A stretch of 41,270 nucleotides of DNA, from positions 1-41,270 of the forward strand of contig JALUXH010000199.1 in the NCBI GenBank assembly GCA_027019065.1. Reading direction: 5' to 3'. The position numbers and the translations under genes are program-made. The notes beneath the pieces were generated by a model. That model was not told the DNA's origin, did no database searches, and was given only the letters and a program-made list of their open reading frames with translations. This document shows, piece after piece, positions 37,672 to 41,270 of this stretch. The DNA comes from Anaerolineales bacterium (GTDB lineage Bacteria > Chloroflexota > Anaerolineae > Anaerolineales > DRMV01). The first letter of the stretch is position 1. Each line of letters opens with the position of its first letter.

Positions 37672-37737
37672 AAGCGCGGCGCTGCAAGGGTGATGGTCTG
37701 GTGGAGGGGGCCGTCGGGGCCGGAAGGCTGCGCGGGG

Positions 37738-39021
37738 CTACCAGGAATGCGAACTTTGTTCGCCCGGGCGGGGGTAAAGGCGGGGATGGCGGTGCCCACC
37801 GCGAAGGTGGTGGTGGTCGCTTTCCTCGTAAGGGACGTCTTTCATAATGACCCGCCGTTCGGGCGAGGCCGCCAAAACGACATCCGATTCAATCATGCGG
37901 GCGGGGTAAATGACCAGCCCCGAGCCCAGGCGGCAGTTGTGACCCACACAGCCGCCGAGCACCGGGCGGTTGGCGTCGCGCAGCAGGCCGTGGCCGTCGC
38001 GGGCTTTGATGGGGGCGGAAATCAGGTTGAAATCGGTAAAGGTGGTCCCCGCGCCGATAAAAGTGTTGCGCCCTACCACGCACATTTGCAGGCAGGTGTT
38101 TTGGGCCACCATGCTGTTGTCCATCAGCGTGGTCATGAAAAGGGCGGCGCGAAAGGGCAGGAAGGCGCCGTCGCCGACGACCGAGAGCAGCAGCTGGCAG
38201 CCCTGGGAAATGTTGACGTTATCGCCGATGATGCAGTTATCTACCACGGCGCCCGCGCCGATGGTGACGTTATCGCCGATGAGGGTGGGCCCGTGGATGA
38301 CGGCGGTGGGGTCGATCACGGCGTTGCGCCCCACAACCACCAGCGGCGAAGCCGAGAGCACCTGCTTCCCTTCGTACATGGCTTTGGCGAGCACACGCAG
38401 TTTGAAGAACGGGTCGCGGTTGAGGCGGGCTTCAAAGCGCGCCCCGCGGGCAAAAACGCCGAAGACCACATCGGCAATAAAAATGTGTACCCAACTGTCA
38501 ATGGCCAGCAGCGCCCGCAGCGGCACCTGGAACACCAGGTCGCCCTGCTCGGTGGCCATATAAGTCGGGACGTGGTAATAGCCGATTTCCCGCGCCTGCA
38601 GGTCGATGACCAGCGGCTCCGGCGTTTCATCGGTGGCGGTGCCGTGGGGGTAGTACCACAGGTCGGCAAGGTAAAGGTCGCCCTGAGGCGTGTATGAGAC
38701 GGAAAGGGGCAGGGCGTGTTCGCGGAAGGCCGGGTCATCGGCCGCCAAAGCGGCCTGCACCGGGCGGCCGCGCTTGCGGGCGGCTTCCAGGAAAGCCCGG
38801 ATGTAGAATTCGTCAAAGAAAAGGTTGTCGCGATAAACAATGGCTTCTTCGCGCACCGGCGGCAGGCGGCGGCCGGCGCGGATCTCAATTTCCCGCTCCA
38901 CGTAGGGCGTCAGCACATCGCGCTGGGCCAGCCAGAGCGGCTTGTTGTGAATTCGCAAGTCGCGTGCCGGTTCGTTGAAGGGCGGGATATGCCGGTCGTC
39001 GCGCAGAATGATTTTGAGCAT
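37738..39021 (-). CDS. Left-handed beta-helix (hexapeptide repeat) protein with degenerate nucleotidyltransferase-like N-terminus
   Basis: VGRNAVIDPTAVIHGPTLIGDNVTIGAGAVV... repeats, FIGAGTTFTDF; N-terminal PARDLRIHNKPL. Confidence 0.72.
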   Translation of the reverse strand: MLKIILRDDRHIPPFNEPARDLRIHNKPLWLAQRDVLTPYVEREIEIRAGRRLPPVREEAIVYRDNLFFDEFYIRAFLEAARKRGRPVQAALAADDPAFREHALPLSVSYTPQGDLYLADLWYYPHGTATDETPEPLVIDLQAREIGYYHVPTYMATEQGDLVFQVPLRALLAIDSWVHIFIADVVFGVFARGARFEARLNRDPFFKLRVLAKAMYEGKQVLSASPLVVVGRNAVIDPTAVIHGPTLIGDNVTIGAGAVVDNCIIGDNVNISQGCQLLLSVVGDGAFLPFRAALFMTTLMDNSMVAQNTCLQMCVVGRNTFIGAGTTFTDFNLISAPIKARDGHGLLRDANRPVLGGCVGHNCRLGSGLVIYPARMIESDVVLAASPERRVIMKDVPYEESDHHHLRGGHRHPRLYPRPGEQSSHSW

Positions 39022-39048
39022 GGGCTGTCGGAAGCGCGCCCGGGCGCT

Positions 39049-39606
39049 TCAGTGCAGGGGGTGCTGCGGAATGTAGAGCGCGGCCGGGAAATCGTCGGCG
39101 GGGCGCACGGCAAACCATCGCCCGCCGCTCAGCCAGTAGAGCATTTCTTGCAGATAGCCTTCCCACGGGGTGCAGCGGAAGGCTTGCGCGGGGTGGGCGG
39201 GTGCGAAGGGGCAGCGCTGCGAATGCCAGAGCATGGCGCGGGGCAGGGTTTCTATCTGGACGGCCAGGCCGAACCACGCGGAGGTCAGCGCTGCGAGGTG
39301 GTGCAGCCCGGTGGCCATTTTGCGGGGCCACGGCAGGAAACGAAACGCCGCGGCCTGGAAGATGCTTTCTTCGGCAAGATGGGGAATCATCTGGCGGGCA
39401 AAGGCGCGGCCAATCCGCAGCCCTATGCCCAGCCCGGCCGCCTCGCCGTAATGCGCGCACAGGGCGGGCAGCAGGGTTTCCCACGGGCGCAGCGGGGTTT
39501 CCGCCTGGGGCAGGAAATCTGCCGGCCCGAGAATTTCGCGCACGGCTTCCTGCCATGCCCTGGCAACATGCACATCCACAACCGCTGCTGCCGGCGAGAA
39601 AATCAT
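39049..39606 (-). CDS. V4R (4-vinyl reductase)-like domain protein, degenerate
   Basis: YG...G.G..LRIGRA, AFRFLPW..K..TGL, W..QRCPF, C...EGYLQEMLYWLSGG pattern; C-terminal Cys pair missing. Confidence 0.65.
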   Translation of the reverse strand: MIFSPAAAVVDVHVARAWQEAVREILGPADFLPQAETPLRPWETLLPALCAHYGEAAGLGIGLRIGRAFARQMIPHLAEESIFQAAAFRFLPWPRKMATGLHHLAALTSAWFGLAVQIETLPRAMLWHSQRCPFAPAHPAQAFRCTPWEGYLQEMLYWLSGGRWFAVRPADDFPAALYIPQHPLH

Positions 39607-40418
39607 GTTTCCGGTACCTCGGCCAGGTCGGGATGGGCGCCTTCCAAAAAGGCGTGCAGGGACGCCACAAAGGCATGCGGCTGGTCAAGCATGATGAAAT
39701 GCCCGGCTTCTTTGAAGCGCACAATTTCGGCATGGGGCACGCCCCGTTTGAGGGCTATCCACTGGCGGGGGTTGACGATGACGTCTTTGTTGCCGTACAT
39801 GCCCATCACCGGCACCCGGATTTGGGAAAGGGAGGGTTCCAAATTGGTGCGCCGCAAGGAAGCAATGCTGTGCAGGAAAGATTCCAGCGTGGTTTGGGAA
39901 AGGTCGCGGTCCATCATTTCGGGCCAGCGGGGGTCTTTAGAGATAAGGGGTGAAGTCAGGCGAATGCCCAGTTTGAGCAGGGTCATTTGATGATAGACCA
40001 GGAAGGCGATGGGGCGGTAACCGGCCAGTTTGAGGGGGAGGGAAAGGGAGTTGCCGTCAATGGGAGAGCCAATGACCACCACCCGGCTGACGCGCTCGGG
40101 GTAGCGGATGGCCACGCTGAGGGAAACCGTGCCCCCCATGCTGTGCCCCACCAGCGGGGCATGGCTGATGCCGAGTTGTTCCATGAATTGATCTACCAGG
40201 CTGACGAAGTCGGCAACATCGTAAGAGTCGCGCTTTTTGCCGGATTCCCCAAACCCCCAAAAATCCAGCGCGTAGGCGCGGTAATACTGCCCCAGGTAGG
40301 CCATGGTTTCCTGCCACACGCCCCATGAGCCGAGCCAGCCATGCAGCAAAATCACAGGTTTGCCGCGCCCGAAAACCTCGTAATGAACAACGCCCTGATC
40401 GGTGGTAATAGAAGACAC
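39603..40418 (-). CDS. Alpha/beta hydrolase with intact Ser-Asp-His triad
   Basis: LLHGW, GHSMGG, GNKD, AGHFIMLD; GTG start. Confidence 0.9.
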   Translation of the reverse strand: MSSITTDQGVVHYEVFGRGKPVILLHGWLGSWGVWQETMAYLGQYYRAYALDFWGFGESGKKRDSYDVADFVSLVDQFMEQLGISHAPLVGHSMGGTVSLSVAIRYPERVSRVVVIGSPIDGNSLSLPLKLAGYRPIAFLVYHQMTLLKLGIRLTSPLISKDPRWPEMMDRDLSQTTLESFLHSIASLRRTNLEPSLSQIRVPVMGMYGNKDVIVNPRQWIALKRGVPHAEIVRFKEAGHFIMLDQPHAFVASLHAFLEGAHPDLAEVPET

Positions 40419-40531
40419 AACGGCCTCGGTGTTCTAAAATGAGGGGGAAGGCGCGCCCGCCGCGGCAGCGCCGCCTCGCCTGGGCGCGCTTTCTGCTCTC
40501 GCGGGCAGGGGCGGCCGGAACACCCAGGCGG

Positions 40532-41071
40532 TCACGCCCGATTGCCCTCAATTTCTTCCATGATGCTGAGCAGCAATTCCAGCAGCACCTTTTTCACCGA
40601 TTCTTTGTCGGTGGCCACGCAGGGCAACAGCTTGACGTGCGTATCCAGCCGGAGGGCAATGCGCATATCGTCAAGTTCCCAGGCATCGTCCATATCCTGT
40701 TTGTTGGCGGCAACCACGTAAGGGGTAGGGGCATAAGCGCGGAAGGTTTCCAGGATGCTGCGGGCTTCCCGAAAGGTCTCCGGGCGGGTGCTGTCAACCA
40801 GCACAATGAACCCCAGCATGCCTTCAGAGAGAATTTCCCACATGAAGTCAAAGCGACGCTGGCCAGGGGTGCCGAAGAGGTAGAGCACCAGGTCTTCATC
40901 CACGGTAATGCGGCCAAAATCCATCGCAACGGTGGTTGTATCTTTGACTCTTTCGGCCTCGCTGGTAATTTTGCGCTCCGTCGCGACGACGTCAATTTCG
41001 CTGACGGTCTGAATGAAGGCCGTTTTGCCTGCGTTGAAGGGGCCGGTCACCACAATTTTTACAGTCTGCAT
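40532..41071 (-). CDS. MglA/conservon CvnD-like small GTPase
   Basis: GPFNAGKT (G1), TTTVAMDFG (G2), FGTPGQRRF (G3), NKQD (G4). Confidence 0.92.
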   Translation of the reverse strand: MQTVKIVVTGPFNAGKTAFIQTVSEIDVVATERKITSEAERVKDTTTVAMDFGRITVDEDLVLYLFGTPGQRRFDFMWEILSEGMLGFIVLVDSTRPETFREARSILETFRAYAPTPYVVAANKQDMDDAWELDDMRIALRLDTHVKLLPCVATDKESVKKVLLELLLSIMEEIEGNRA

Positions 41072-41168
41072 GGCATAATTCCTCGGTCAAAGGATCGTTG
41101 AAAAAGGGAAAGCCGCTGCCTCGGGGAAAAACAACCGTTGAGATGATACCGGGGGGGGCAGAAAACCC

Positions 41169-41270
41169 TCAGAGGCCGCGAATGCGGGAAATCAGACGAT
41201 TGACCAGCGAGCGTTGCTCTTCTTTGGATTTGCCTTCCAGTGCCGTGTGAATGGGGCGGGGCGGGGCGGG
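41169..41270 (-). CDS. C-terminus of upstream gene, probably the DUF4388-type partner of the GTPase (truncated by window edge)
   Basis: My translation: PAPPRPIHTALEGKSKEEQRSLVNRLISRIRGL*. The amphipathic RL..RIR.L ending is typical of conservon CvnC/DUF4388-type proteins that precede MglA-like genes. Confidence 0.55.
   Translation of the reverse strand, partial: PAPPRPIHTALEGKSKEEQRSLVNRLISRIRGL

Overview
GC-rich bacterial chromosomal segment. Gene content and protein style (Elp3, a V4R/MglA/DUF4388-type operon, multi-GAF kinase, VVTKEV- and PAAT-rich lipoproteins) suggest Chloroflexota, probably Anaerolineae; this is inference. From left to right: (1) a DUF4160/DUF2442 toxin-antitoxin-like pair and a type II RM cassette (SPPY amino-MTase plus NgoMIV-family REase). 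The cassette sits between two 123-bp copies of the elp3 3' end, exactly 2400 bp apart and differing only at synonymous sites. (2) Housekeeping and accessory genes: F420-dependent nitroreductase, aroH, pheA, DUF971, lipoprotein, SAM MTase, ftsH, MFS, LacI-regulated sugar ABC transporter, uridine-kinase-like protein, AmrS, BMP lipoprotein, PerR-like regulator with a P1B-4 ATPase. Several MITE/REP-like palindromic repeats lie between them. (3) A ~15-kb minus-strand signalling operon: DUF4388-like (partial), MglA-like GTPase, active alpha/beta-hydrolase, degenerate V4R protein, LbH protein, acyl-ACP-reductase-like enzyme, REC-degenerate GGDEF, 2333-aa ten-GAF histidine kinase, REC, a nucleophile-dead paralogous alpha/beta-hydrolase, and a secreted esterase. 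This operon is the best candidate for an undescribed system. No tRNA, rRNA, CRISPR array or transposase was recognised. All family calls come from motif recognition by eye, not database searches.
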